Below, piece after piece: positions 20,084 through 29,971 of a stretch of 64,000 nt of DNA; position 1 is the stretch's first letter, and each line of letters opens with the position of its first letter. The stretch comes from Candidatus Latescibacterota bacterium. Its GTDB lineage: Bacteria; Latescibacterota; UBA2968; GCA-2709665. Location of the stretch: contig CAXXXF010000016.1 of assembly GCA_963667175.2 (NCBI GenBank), positions 32,001 to 96,000 on the forward strand, given 5' to 3'. The notes below the pieces were generated by a model that saw only the letters and a program-made list of their open reading frames with translations, did not search any database and was not told the DNA's origin. The position numbers were made by a program, and so were the translations under genes.

Positions 20084-20194
20084 CCGAATGGAAGCGTCAC
20101 GCGGGCACACGTCCGTCGGCAACTCTCCTCTGACGTTTTGCGCCGTTCGAAACGGGCGAAATCGCCGTTGGCAACCTCATGTCATGCTATTTAT

Positions 20195-20267
20195 GCCCCT
20201 GTAGCTCAGAGGATAGAGTAGCGGATTCCTAATCCGTTGGTCGCAGGTTCGAGTCCTGCCAGGGGCA
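20195..20267 (+). tRNA. tRNA-Arg(CCT)
   Basis: GCCCCTGTAGCTCAGAGGATAGAGTAGCGGATTCCTAATCCGTTGGTCGCAGGTTCGAGTCCTGCCAGGGGCA; anticodon loop TTCCTAA; CCA not encoded. Confidence 0.95.
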
Positions 20268-20289
20268 TTTTGTCTTTTCGGTTTCTTGA

Positions 20290-20477
20290 GAAGCTGTCTT
20301 AAAATTCCCAGCGGTCTTCGCGCCTGCCTGCTGCCGCAGGCAAGGCAGGCGGCTGCAAAAGCGCCGGTCGGCGTTGGTCGAATCCACCCGTATAATCAAA
20401 TATGGGCGGATTTACCCGCCTTGACCGCCACTCTTTCGCTCGCACTCTGGAACTCACCGGTAATTTTAAACCGCTTC
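20290..20477. mobile_element. Putative MITE (188 bp) with imperfect terminal inverted repeats and a TGA direct repeat
   Basis: Left end GAAGCTGTCTTAAAATT, right end AATTTTAAACCGCTTC, TGA on both flanks (20287-89 and 20478-80), internal hairpins. Confidence 0.65.
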
Positions 20478-20530
20478 TGAAACGCGCCCGGCTTCGGAGT
20501 GCGGCTTCCCGTTCCCTGTGGGCAAAAGGG

Positions 20531-20559
20531 TTGACATCGGAACCGGAATGCCATACTAT
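20531..20559 (+). promoter_or_regulatory. Putative sigma70 promoter
   Basis: TTGACA-17 nt-TACTAT. Confidence 0.6.
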
Positions 20560-20678
20560 TTGGTGGCGTTGCCGCCCCTGATCGGGCCCGCTTTCGTACG
20601 TGCAGGGAGCACGTTCAACTTGCGGCCGGGCCGCCCGGTGCGGCCTCCCCGATGTTCCGAGAGATCGGGAGGGAACTG

Positions 20679-21026
20679 ATGTCTCCTGACCGTGACGAAT
20701 ATCTCGAAGACGATCGAATATTGGCGCTTCTCGCCGATCCGGTTGACGCCGAAGCGTTTACGAACCTGATGGAACACGCGCACCAGAGGGGCATGAGCGC
20801 CGCGGATTTTGTCCGCGAGGTACCGGAACGCACGTCCCGCAAGGCCATTCGGAGGCTGTGTCTGAAAGACAGGAAACGAACGTTACGCACAAGACTGTCC
20901 TCCTTCGCCAGGAATCTGTGGGCGCGCCCCGCCGAGGATCCGGAGAACAGATACATACAGACACTCTACCCGCCCCGGGACGGGCCGCCGATGCCCGGCG
21001 GAAACGGACAGAAGCCCAAACAATGA
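20679..21026 (+). CDS. Hypothetical protein
   Basis: GGGAGGG SD before the ATG, follows a promoter, stop overlaps the next ATG. Confidence 0.55.
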   Translation: MSPDRDEYLEDDRILALLADPVDAEAFTNLMEHAHQRGMSAADFVREVPERTSRKAIRRLCLKDRKRTLRTRLSSFARNLWARPAEDPENRYIQTLYPPRDGPPMPGGNGQKPKQ

Positions 21027-21205
21027 CGCGGGAAGAGCGACAGGCGCTGCAGGTGCATATTCACGAACTGGAAGAACTGGTCGAAGCCATGCTTGTACAT
21101 GCGCGGTCCGGAAACCAGGAGGCCAGGGAACGGCTGGTTCACGTGCATCGAGAGGTGATGAATAAGCGGCATCGGCTAAAGGATCTGTCCGGGCGGGATG
21201 GCTGA
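21023..21205 (+). CDS. Small helical hypothetical protein (60 aa)
   Basis: ATGA overlap; MTREERQALQVHIHELEELVEAML amphipathic helices. Confidence 0.55.
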   Translation: MTREERQALQVHIHELEELVEAMLVHARSGNQEARERLVHVHREVMNKRHRLKDLSGRDG

Positions 21206-21299
21206 GGCAGGGATTCATCAAGCGGAATATGACGGGTGGGCTCACGGACCAATCCGGGAGGTATACCCCATGTTTCGCTCTTTTTTTTCAGGGTCGGAA

Positions 21300-21722
21300 G
21301 TGCGGGTACTTGCGGTTGACTACGGCACGAGGCGCGTGGGCATGGCCGTTTCAGACGAACTCGGCGTGGCCGCGCGTGGATTGCCCACGGTGCATGCGGG
21401 CTCGCGGATCTCGGCGGTGCAATCGGTCGCGCAGGTGGCCTCAGACGTCGGAGCGGCCGCGCTGCTCGTCGGTCTGCCGCTCAACATGGACGGGAGTCGG
21501 GGGCCGATGGCTGAAGCTGCCGAAGCGTTCGCTTCCGAACTGAATCGAACGACGGGGTTGCCCGTTTGCCTCTGGGACGAGCGGCTGACCACGGTTGCCG
21601 CGCGTCGTGCGATCCGCGAGACAGGGTCGAGGCAGGGAAAAAAAAGGGGCGAGGTGGATCGAGTGGCGGCGGTCCTGCTGCTGAATAACTATCTGCAGGC
21701 GCAGGATTCAGCGATGACCTGA
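21300..21722 (+). CDS. ruvX: YqgF/RuvX pre-16S rRNA nuclease
   Basis: RVLAVDYGTRRVGMAVSD, VGLPLNMDG, WDERLTT, VDRVAA. Confidence 0.92.
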   Translation: MRVLAVDYGTRRVGMAVSDELGVAARGLPTVHAGSRISAVQSVAQVASDVGAAALLVGLPLNMDGSRGPMAEAAEAFASELNRTTGLPVCLWDERLTTVAARRAIRETGSRQGKKRGEVDRVAAVLLLNNYLQAQDSAMT

Positions 21723-21745
21723 AGCAATTCAATGGGAGAAACAAC

Positions 21746-22813
21746 GTGGCGCCGGACGGTCCGGACGGCCGTCGATCCTGGAGGTCTCACAACCTCGGAT
21801 CGGCGATCGTCCATTCAATTATCGCGCTTGCCTGCATTGGCGCCGTGGGCTTCGTGCTGCTGGTCCTGACATTGAACCGTTCCACGGGGTGGGGACCTGG
21901 AGACGTCGTCATTCAGAAGGGCATGTCGGTCGAACAGATCGGCAGGTTATTGCATAACGAGGGCGTCATCCGGAGTCCGCGGCTGTTGGTTCTTTTTTCC
22001 ATGGTCAACCGGTCCAGCAGAAACCTCAAAGCCGGCATTCACCATTTCCAGGAAGGAATGGACACTTGGGAGATCTTGGAGGAGCTTACCGTGTCCAAAG
22101 CTGAATTCCACGAGGTGACGATACCGGAAGGGAGGACACTCCTCCAGACGCTCACGCGCCTTGCGGCAACAGCAGACCTCGATGAACGCGAGTTGAGGCG
22201 AATCGCGACCGACCCGGGGTTCTGTCGCCGGTTGGGTGTCGATGCGGACAATCTCGAGGGTTACCTCTTTCCGGAAACCTATCGGCTTTCGCCGACAATG
22301 GACGAAGAACAGGTCATCCGGATGCTGATCGGGCAGTTCTTCGCGGTCTTCAGCGGGAAGCTGAAGGAGCGAGCGCAGGAAATCGGAATGTCGGTGCATG
22401 AAGTTGTCACACTGGCCTCAATTATCGAAGGCGAGGCACAACTGGAGGAAGAACGATCGACCATCTCGGCGGTGTATCACAACCGGCTCAAGCACGGGAT
22501 GCGCCTCCAGGCCGACCCCACGGTTCAATACGCCATCGAAGGAGGTCCACGCAGGTTGTTTTACAGGGATTATAGGATTGACTCGCCCTACAATACGTAC
22601 CGGCACAAGGGGTTGCCGCCGGGTCCCGTAATGAACCCGGGGGCGGCGTCGCTGGCGGCGGCGTTGTTCCCTGCAAACGTGGACTATCTCTATTTTGTGG
22701 CGAAGGGCGACGGATCGCACGTGTTCAGCAGGACGTCCCGGGAACACGACCGGGCAAAGCACAGGACACGTTGGGCCAGAAGACGCAATTGGCAGCCGTC
22801 AAAGACGCCTTGA
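21746..22813 (+). CDS. mltG: Endolytic transglycosylase
   Basis: TIPEG, LEGYLFPETY, LASIIEGE, LQADPTVQY, SPYNTY, GLPPGP. Confidence 0.95.
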   Translation: MAPDGPDGRRSWRSHNLGSAIVHSIIALACIGAVGFVLLVLTLNRSTGWGPGDVVIQKGMSVEQIGRLLHNEGVIRSPRLLVLFSMVNRSSRNLKAGIHHFQEGMDTWEILEELTVSKAEFHEVTIPEGRTLLQTLTRLAATADLDERELRRIATDPGFCRRLGVDADNLEGYLFPETYRLSPTMDEEQVIRMLIGQFFAVFSGKLKERAQEIGMSVHEVVTLASIIEGEAQLEEERSTISAVYHNRLKHGMRLQADPTVQYAIEGGPRRLFYRDYRIDSPYNTYRHKGLPPGPVMNPGAASLAAALFPANVDYLYFVAKGDGSHVFSRTSREHDRAKHRTRWARRRNWQPSKTP

Positions 22814-22830
22814 AACGGGAAAGCGAGGGT

Positions 22831-25065
22831 ATGCAAGCCATACTGGAGGGGTTGAACGAACAACAAAGGGAAGCAGTCTGCGTAGTGGACCGTCCGGTTC
22901 TCGTCCTGGCGGGGGCTGGGTCCGGAAAGACGCGTGTGCTGACCCACCGGCTGGCGTACTTGATCGAGGTCTGCGGCGTGAGCCCGGGCGCCATCGTGGC
23001 CATGACCTTTACGAACAAGGCGGCGGGGGAGATGAACGGCCGCGTCGAAGAACTGTTGAACCGAAACACCCGGAGCATGTGGCTTGGGACGTTCCACTCC
23101 CTGTGCGCGCGCATTTTGAGGAGGGAGCCGGAAGCGGCCGGCCTCGACGCCGATTTCACCATCTACGACGCCGACGACCAGCTCTCGCTGATACGGCAGG
23201 TTCTTCGGGACCAGGAGATTTCGGAGCGGCAGTTCCCTCCGCGGCAGGTCCGGGCGCGCATCAGTTCGGAGAAGAGCCGGATGGTCGATCCGGTTGCTTT
23301 CGCGAATCGTGCCGGCACCTATTACGAGCAGCAACTCGCCCGGACGTACCGGCAGTACCAATCGGCCCTGCAACAGAACAACGCTGTAGATTTCGACGAT
23401 CTGCTCATGCTGACGGTACAGGCTTTCAGGGAAGTTCCGGAGGTCCTGGCGAAGTACCAGGAACGGTTCGCGCACGTCTTGATCGACGAGTACCAGGATA
23501 CCAACCGCCCTCAATACCTCTTTGCGCGTCTGCTTGCGGAAGGACACGGACGCATCTTCGTGGTGGGAGACGACGACCAGAGCATTTATGGGTGGCGCGG
23601 CGCGGACCTGGGGAATATCCTGAATTTCGAGAAGGATTTTCCCGATGCGAGTGTGATCCGCCTCGAACAGAACTATCGTTCGTCTCAGGTGATTCTCGAC
23701 GCCGGAAACGCGGTGATCCGAAACAACGTCGGACGCAAGGGAAAGGAACTCTGGACGAATCGCGGCGGCGGGGAACTGATTCAGGTTTCGAGTTGCGCGG
23801 ATGAAGTGGATGAGGCCCAATGGATCGCTCGGGAATTGAAACGCCTCCGGGCGACGTATACGTACGGACAGGTCGCCGTGTTGTACCGTACGAACGCGCA
23901 GTCCCGCGCTCTGGAAGACGGACTGCGGTTCCAGGCAATCCCGTACGTGATTGTGGGAGGCGTCAGGTTTTACGAAAGAAGCGAAGTCAAGGACGTGCTG
24001 GCTTACCTCAGGCTGATCGTGAATCCCAGCGACTCGATCAGCCTGTACCGCATTGTCAATACGCCGCGACGCGGCATCGGAAAGACGTCACTCGCCAGAT
24101 TGGAATCCTATTCGGCCGGGGAGGGTATCGCCCCATTTGAAGCAATGTCCCGAGTCACCGACGTGGACGGGCTGACGGGCCGCGCGAAAACGGCGATGGG
24201 TGGATTCTATGGGATGATGGAAGGATTCCGGCGCAGGGCGGAGGATGAGCCGGCCCATGTTCTGGCGGAGCGCGTCGTACAGGAGACAGGATATCTGCAG
24301 ACGCTGGAGGATCTGACGCCGGCCGAGACCGTCTCCCGCTCGGAGAACGTGCAGGAACTGCTGGCGGCCATCGAGGATTTCGTCCACCGGTCCGACCCAC
24401 CCACGTTGTCGGCATTCTTGCGGGAAGTCGCACTGATCACCGACGTGGACCAGTGGCGCGACGAGGCCGATGCCGTCACGTTGATGACGCTGCACAGCGC
24501 CAAGGGTCTCGAGTTTCCCGCGGTTTTCATGACGGGTCTGGAAGAGGGCCTGTTCCCTATCCTCAGGGATCAGAACGATCCGGTTGCCGAAGAGGCGGCA
24601 GTGGAGGAGGAGCGGCGGTTGTTCTACGTGGGGGTGACGCGGGCGCAGGACCGGCTCCACCTGACCCATGCCGCTCACCGCCGGCGGTACGGTGGCGCAG
24701 CGGTCAATGCCGAATCCAGATTCCTGCGGGAAATTCCCGGCAATCTGGTCGTTCGCGGCCTTGCCTCGAAGAAGGACGTTTCTCCGCCCGCCCGCGTGGA
24801 GAAAACCGCCGCCGGCGCCCCCTTTCCCGTGGAAGCGGGCAACGTGGATCGAGAGGTTCCTCCCACGTCTGAGCCGTTGAATCAATCGAATGACGGCGAC
24901 CCGTTCCCGATGGAAGCGGGTACCGCCATTATCCATCCAACGTTGGGTCGGGGGCGAATTCTGGATCGGACAGGAAGCGGTCCTGATACGAAACTCACGG
25001 TAACCTTTCAGAACGGTTCCACGAAGAAGCTGGTTGTCCGTTTTGCCCGTCTTCGACCGGGATGA
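22831..25065 (+). CDS. pcrA: UvrD/PcrA ATP-dependent DNA helicase
   Basis: AGAGSGKT, TFTNKAA, DEYQDTN, QSIYGWRGA, TLHSAKGLEF, EERRLFYVGVTRA, C-terminal Tudor-like domain. Confidence 0.95.
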   Translation: MQAILEGLNEQQREAVCVVDRPVLVLAGAGSGKTRVLTHRLAYLIEVCGVSPGAIVAMTFTNKAAGEMNGRVEELLNRNTRSMWLGTFHSLCARILRREPEAAGLDADFTIYDADDQLSLIRQVLRDQEISERQFPPRQVRARISSEKSRMVDPVAFANRAGTYYEQQLARTYRQYQSALQQNNAVDFDDLLMLTVQAFREVPEVLAKYQERFAHVLIDEYQDTNRPQYLFARLLAEGHGRIFVVGDDDQSIYGWRGADLGNILNFEKDFPDASVIRLEQNYRSSQVILDAGNAVIRNNVGRKGKELWTNRGGGELIQVSSCADEVDEAQWIARELKRLRATYTYGQVAVLYRTNAQSRALEDGLRFQAIPYVIVGGVRFYERSEVKDVLAYLRLIVNPSDSISLYRIVNTPRRGIGKTSLARLESYSAGEGIAPFEAMSRVTDVDGLTGRAKTAMGGFYGMMEGFRRRAEDEPAHVLAERVVQETGYLQTLEDLTPAETVSRSENVQELLAAIEDFVHRSDPPTLSAFLREVALITDVDQWRDEADAVTLMTLHSAKGLEFPAVFMTGLEEGLFPILRDQNDPVAEEAAVEEERRLFYVGVTRAQDRLHLTHAAHRRRYGGAAVNAESRFLREIPGNLVVRGLASKKDVSPPARVEKTAAGAPFPVEAGNVDREVPPTSEPLNQSNDGDPFPMEAGTAIIHPTLGRGRILDRTGSGPDTKLTVTFQNGSTKKLVVRFARLRPG

Positions 25066-25197
25066 TCCGAAGCCGTACGAACGTCCGGCTGCTCGCCTCC
25101 ATCGCCAGAATCCTCTTGATTTCAGGATCGGATTGCCACATATTACAATTGAGGTGAAGACCGGAGATAACGCCAATCCGTTTCCATGGGTTTGTCG

Positions 25198-25485
25198 ATG
25201 TCGGTTACGCTGGAAGACGTACGAAAGGTGGCGCGACTTGCGCGGCTGAGGTTCGACAGGGAAGAGGAAAAACGGCTGGTTGTCGACCTGAATCAAATGC
25301 TGGATTACGCGACCGCCCTCGAAAATCTGAATACCTGCGGCGTTTCGCCCACGTCGCACGTACTGCCTGTATGCAACGTGTTTCGCGAGGATACGCCGGT
25401 TCCCTGTCTTTCACAGACGGAGGCCCTGTCGAACGCGCCGAGTTCCGGCCACGGCCATTTCAGCGTTCCCAAAGTTATCGAATGA
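25198..25485 (+). CDS. gatC: Asp/Glu-tRNA amidotransferase subunit C
   Basis: VRKVARLARL, NVFRED, LSNAP, FSVPKVIE. Confidence 0.92.
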   Translation: MSVTLEDVRKVARLARLRFDREEEKRLVVDLNQMLDYATALENLNTCGVSPTSHVLPVCNVFREDTPVPCLSQTEALSNAPSSGHGHFSVPKVIE

Positions 25486-25542
25486 CTCCCGGCGGTGGTT
25501 TTATCTACACCGCCGTTCTTTGTTCTGCGCGTGGAGGAGCGG

Positions 25543-27330
25543 ATGGGCAAGCGGAGCGATTACAACGGCCCCAAATACATCGTCGTCGCCGGCGGTGTGA
25601 TGAGCGGCGTTGGCAAGGGACTTGCCACTGCGTCCATCGGAAAAATCCTGCAGCAGCATGGATACAAAGCGACAGCGATAAAGATCGATCCCTATCTCAA
25701 TTACGACGCCGGCACCCTGCGTCCGACCGAACACGGAGAAGTGTGGGTAACGGACGACGGCGGCGAAATCGACCTGGACCTCGGGAACTACGAGAGATTC
25801 CTGGGACTCGATCTTCCAAGGACGAACAACCTGACCACGGGCCAGATTTACCACACCGTTATCGAGCGGGAACGCCGCGGAGAGTATCTGGGCAAGACCG
25901 TTCAGCCGATCCCTCATATCACCGATGAGATCAAGCAGCGAATTACCGATTCGGCGAACGGGTTCGACGTCGCGCTGGTAGAAATCGGCGGCACAATTGG
26001 CGATGACGAGAATCGGCCCTTTTTGTTTGCAATGAAAAGCCTTGAGCGGGAGGTAGGCGAGGAAAACGTCATATACGTGCTGGTAACCTATCTTCCGGTG
26101 CCCGGTCACGTGGGCGAGATGAAAACCAAGCCCACTCAGCATGCGATCCGGTCCTTGAGCGAAAACGGCATATTTGCGGACTTCATCATCTGCCGCGCGG
26201 TTGAAGCGCTCGACGACGTGAGGAAGCGAAAAATCGAGATTTCGGCGAATATTTCGGCGGACCGGATTATCTCTGCACCCGACGTGGACAGCATCTACCA
26301 GGTTCCTCTGGAATATGAAAAGGACCGGCTGGGCGAGAAAATCCTGGATGAGTTCGGTTTGACTCCCAGGAAGAACCCCGACTGGGAGCGATGGTGTGAG
26401 TTGCTGGAAATGATCCGCGGTCCGAGAGAACGGGTGCGCGTGGCGATGGTAGGCAAATACGTCGGAATAGGGGATTATGAATTTCAGGATTCCTATATCT
26501 CCGTCAATCAATCCCTCGAACACGCGGGCGCACTGCTTGACACCAAGGTGGAAATCGACTGGATAGATTCCAACCGCCTGGAACTTCACGACGTTGGCGA
26601 GGCGCTCGCCGGATACCATGGCATTATTGTGCCCGGGGCGTTTGGAGAAGGCGGCGCCGAAGGCGCCATCAACGCCGTCCGTTACGCCAGAGAAAACCAG
26701 GTGCCCTTCCTGGGGCTGTGTTACGGCCTGCAGATGGTCGTGGTGGAATACGCGCGCCACGTGGCCGGATTGAGCGATGCGAATTCCGTCGAAATGGATC
26801 CCGATTCGCCGCACGCAGTCATCGACATTCAGTATGCGCAGCGGCAGATCATCGAAGAAAACCGATACGGCGGCACCATGAGGCTGGGAGGGTACGCGGC
26901 CGTTTTGCGGCGTGAATCCCGGGTGCTCGACCTCTACGAGCGAACGGGAAGGCTGGAGGAGGATACGTGGCGGATCCAACAACTGCGGGAGCGCCCCGAT
27001 CAGGTGTTCCGGTGCGGTGTGATCCTTCCCAGCGAGAACGCGGTGGTTGAGCGGCATCGGCACCGGTATGAAGTCGCGCCCAAATACGTGGACCTGCTTG
27101 AGGAATACGGGCTGTTCTTTTCGGGATTCCACCGCAGGGAGGATGGCACCAAGCTGATGGAGTTCGCGGAACTGCCCGATCATCCGTTCTTTGTCGCAAC
27201 CCAGGCACATCCCGAGTTCAAATCCCGTCTGGAACACCCTGCGCCGCTGTTTTATGGACTGATCAACGCGTCCATCCGCTATTCCGAAACGGGTCGGGAG
27301 GAATCCGTACACATCGGAATAGAAACATGA
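25543..27330 (+). CDS. pyrG: CTP synthase
   Basis: GGVMSGVGKG, KIDPYLN, DLDLGNYERF, KTKPTQH, GLCYGLQ, ERHRHRYE, QAHPEF. Confidence 0.96.
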   Translation: MGKRSDYNGPKYIVVAGGVMSGVGKGLATASIGKILQQHGYKATAIKIDPYLNYDAGTLRPTEHGEVWVTDDGGEIDLDLGNYERFLGLDLPRTNNLTTGQIYHTVIERERRGEYLGKTVQPIPHITDEIKQRITDSANGFDVALVEIGGTIGDDENRPFLFAMKSLEREVGEENVIYVLVTYLPVPGHVGEMKTKPTQHAIRSLSENGIFADFIICRAVEALDDVRKRKIEISANISADRIISAPDVDSIYQVPLEYEKDRLGEKILDEFGLTPRKNPDWERWCELLEMIRGPRERVRVAMVGKYVGIGDYEFQDSYISVNQSLEHAGALLDTKVEIDWIDSNRLELHDVGEALAGYHGIIVPGAFGEGGAEGAINAVRYARENQVPFLGLCYGLQMVVVEYARHVAGLSDANSVEMDPDSPHAVIDIQYAQRQIIEENRYGGTMRLGGYAAVLRRESRVLDLYERTGRLEEDTWRIQQLRERPDQVFRCGVILPSENAVVERHRHRYEVAPKYVDLLEEYGLFFSGFHRREDGTKLMEFAELPDHPFFVATQAHPEFKSRLEHPAPLFYGLINASIRYSETGREESVHIGIET

Positions 27331-27884
27331 AACCGGGCAGGACATCCCCGGTCCCATGCGGGATATGCCTGATTTTCGCTTTGCTGTCGGGCTGTTCGCC
27401 GTCTTCCCGGCATTCATCTTCACCGGAAGGATCCAAACCACCGGATCAGGAGGCATGGGGATGGAACACGGTGGTCACCCGAAACGGCAGAAAACGCGCC
27501 GAGGTGGCGGCCGGGCATTTTCGGAAATACGATCGCACGTTGATCGCCCTCCTCGACAGCGGCGTGGCGGTTTCCTTTTACGACGGGACCGGGCGGAACA
27601 GAGTGTCGGCATTGACGGCGCTGCAGGCGGAGATTCACGAAGCGTCCGGTGAATTGGTGGCTATGGGCCAGGTCGCGGTGGTCGCCAGCAATGGAACCCG
27701 CCTGGAAACCGATACGTTGCGTTGGAACCGTGAAACAGATCGGATCAACGGAAACGGGAGAATGACCCTCAGGCGTCCTGACGGAGAAGAGACCGGGATC
27801 GGATTCGAGGCGTCATCCGATCTGACATGGTGGAAGATGCACCATGTATCTACGCGCCTGGGCAGGTCAGATTCCCTCCGGTAG
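27327..27884 (+). CDS. lptC: LPS export protein LptC-like
   Basis: N-terminal hydrophobic segment, LETDTLRWN, GIGFEA; position upstream of lptA/lptB. Confidence 0.8.
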   Translation: MKPGRTSPVPCGICLIFALLSGCSPSSRHSSSPEGSKPPDQEAWGWNTVVTRNGRKRAEVAAGHFRKYDRTLIALLDSGVAVSFYDGTGRNRVSALTALQAEIHEASGELVAMGQVAVVASNGTRLETDTLRWNRETDRINGNGRMTLRRPDGEETGIGFEASSDLTWWKMHHVSTRLGRSDSLR

Positions 27885-27926
27885 CTGTTCGTCCATCCAC
27901 TCATCCACCCCTGCCCTTCCTTCTCT

Positions 27927-29248
27927 ATGCGCTTCACCGTTTTTTTTTGCTTTTCCTCGCCACGGCCTTCCCTGCACACGCGACAGAGTTGATTCGTGCC
28001 GACCGCAGTGAAACCATCCTGCGTGATTCCGGTGTTTTGCGGATCGAAGCGGGCAACGTTTCGTATCGGCAAACGGAACGGCTGCTCAGCGTGACTGCAG
28101 ATTCCGCGCGTCTGTGGATACCGGACGAGGGGTTATCGGAAGCGAGGTTTTTCGGTCGGGTCGTCTACCGGGATTCAGCAATACAACTGGATGCCGCCAA
28201 CCTGACGTACCTTCCCCGCACGGCGGTGGCAACCTTTTCGGGTAAGGTGAGGGTCACCGAAAGTGACCGCCTCCTGACGGCACGGCGGGTGGCGTACCAC
28301 AAGAATGAGCATCGGATGGACGCCGAGGGCGGGGTGACGTTGAATTACGGCCGGCAGGGGATTATTCTGCGCGCACCGGAAATGACGTATCATGTGTTGG
28401 CGGATTCTGGCTCCGGTACAGGCGGCATTCAAGCCGTACGTGTGCCGGAACCATCGGGTGATTCCCTGACCGTCCGGTCGGAATCGATGGTTTTCGCCAA
28501 TCAGAGTGATCGCATCGACTTCCTGGGCCGGGTCGGTATGGAACACGCCGGAATGGTTGCGGGCGCGCCGCGCGGCCGCTATTTCAGAGTGTTGGACCGG
28601 CTGGAACTGGACCGAGGGGCATCCGCCGTCTGGATTCAGCGCGATGAAGCTCGGGCCGATTCCGTGACGTTCAACGCCGAGCGGATGCAGGTTCACGGCG
28701 CGGCCGGGAATATACTGGACGAAATAGTACTGATTGGCGACTCCAGGCTGCGGATGGAATCCGCACAGCCGGAGCATGGCGGATCGCAAACGGTTAACGG
28801 AGACTCTGTTGTGCTGGACATGGCAGGGGGGAGGATTGTTGGCATCGAAGCATCGGGCGAGGCGTCAACGATGGTGATCGCGCGGAATGGCGCCACCGTA
28901 GACCTTGTGGGTCAACAGATTTCCATGGACTTTCTGAATGGGGATCTCGACAGCCTGACGGTTCAAGGAGTCGGCAACGGCATCTTCGTCTCATCTGACA
29001 GCGCAACCGTAAGTCGAATTTCCGGCGGCATGATCGCGTTCGGATTCGATCGGGGCGCCGTACGAAAAGTCGCGGTCATTGAATCCGCACGGTGTACGCA
29101 CCGTTCGGAAACCGACAAAACCGGTGACATCCAGCTCTCGGGAGATCGCGTGAACCTGGTCTTCGAGGGCGACAGGCTTACCGACGTTCGGGCCGAAGGC
29201 GGAGTTCGAGGCCGATACAGGCCGGTTGAAGCCGGAGAGGCGCCGTGA
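27927..29248 (+). CDS. LptA/OstA-like beta-jellyroll protein; likely start is out of frame across a T9 tract
   Basis: Repeated ADS/GNV/GxV jellyroll strands between lptC and lptB. ATG 27927 gives the signal peptide MRFTVFFLLFLATAFPAHA only if the T9 at 27940-48 were T10 (or T7). Confidence 0.7.
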
Positions 29249-29967
29249 TCCTGAAAGCCCGGAACCTCGTCAAGTCCTACCAGCGCCAGCGGGTTGTCGA
29301 TGGCGTCGGCGTCGAGGTGAATCCCGGAGAGGTCGTGGGTCTTCTGGGCCCGAATGGGGCGGGGAAAACCACCACCTTTCACCTGATTGTGGGGCTGGTT
29401 CCGTGCAACCAGGGGGAAATCTTCCTCGGCAACGAGGAAATAACCGGCCTGCCGATGTACATTCGGGCGCGAAAGGGCATCGGCTATCTCGCCCAGGAAC
29501 CCTCTGTATTCCGAAGACTCTCCGTGAGGCAGAACATCCTCGCGGTGCTGGAAACACTTCACCTGACGCGCGCAGAACAGGAATGCCGCCTCGAAGAACT
29601 TCTGCACGAACTTGGACTCTCCAGTCTTGCGGATCGCAGGGCGGACCGGCTTTCGGGCGGCGAAGCCCGCAGACTGGAGATAACCCGCGCTCTGGCCAGG
29701 CGTCCCAGATTCCTGCTGCTGGATGAACCGTTCGCCGGTATCGATCCGAAGGCGGTCGAAGATATCCAGGCGATCATCCAGACGCTGAAGAACCGGCGTA
29801 TCGGACTTCTGGTAACCGATCACAATGTACGCGAAACCCTGGCAATCACGGACAGGTCTTATATACTCTCCAACGGCAGGATTCTGACCTCCGGCAGCCC
29901 GGTCGCACTGACGGGAAACCCGGAGGTGCGTCGCGTGTACCTCGGGGACAGGTTCCGATTGGACTGA
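29245..29967 (+). CDS. lptB: LPS export ABC transporter ATP-binding protein
   Basis: GPNGAGKTT, YLAQEPSVF, LSGGE, LLDEPFAGIDP, TDHNVRETL. Confidence 0.96.
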   Translation: MILKARNLVKSYQRQRVVDGVGVEVNPGEVVGLLGPNGAGKTTTFHLIVGLVPCNQGEIFLGNEEITGLPMYIRARKGIGYLAQEPSVFRRLSVRQNILAVLETLHLTRAEQECRLEELLHELGLSSLADRRADRLSGGEARRLEITRALARRPRFLLLDEPFAGIDPKAVEDIQAIIQTLKNRRIGLLVTDHNVRETLAITDRSYILSNGRILTSGSPVALTGNPEVRRVYLGDRFRLD

Positions 29968-29971
29968 AAGA

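Noticed and set aside
20195-20480. tRNA-Arg as an integration site for a prophage or genomic island
   Set aside because: No integrase and no duplicated tRNA 3' end noticed in the window
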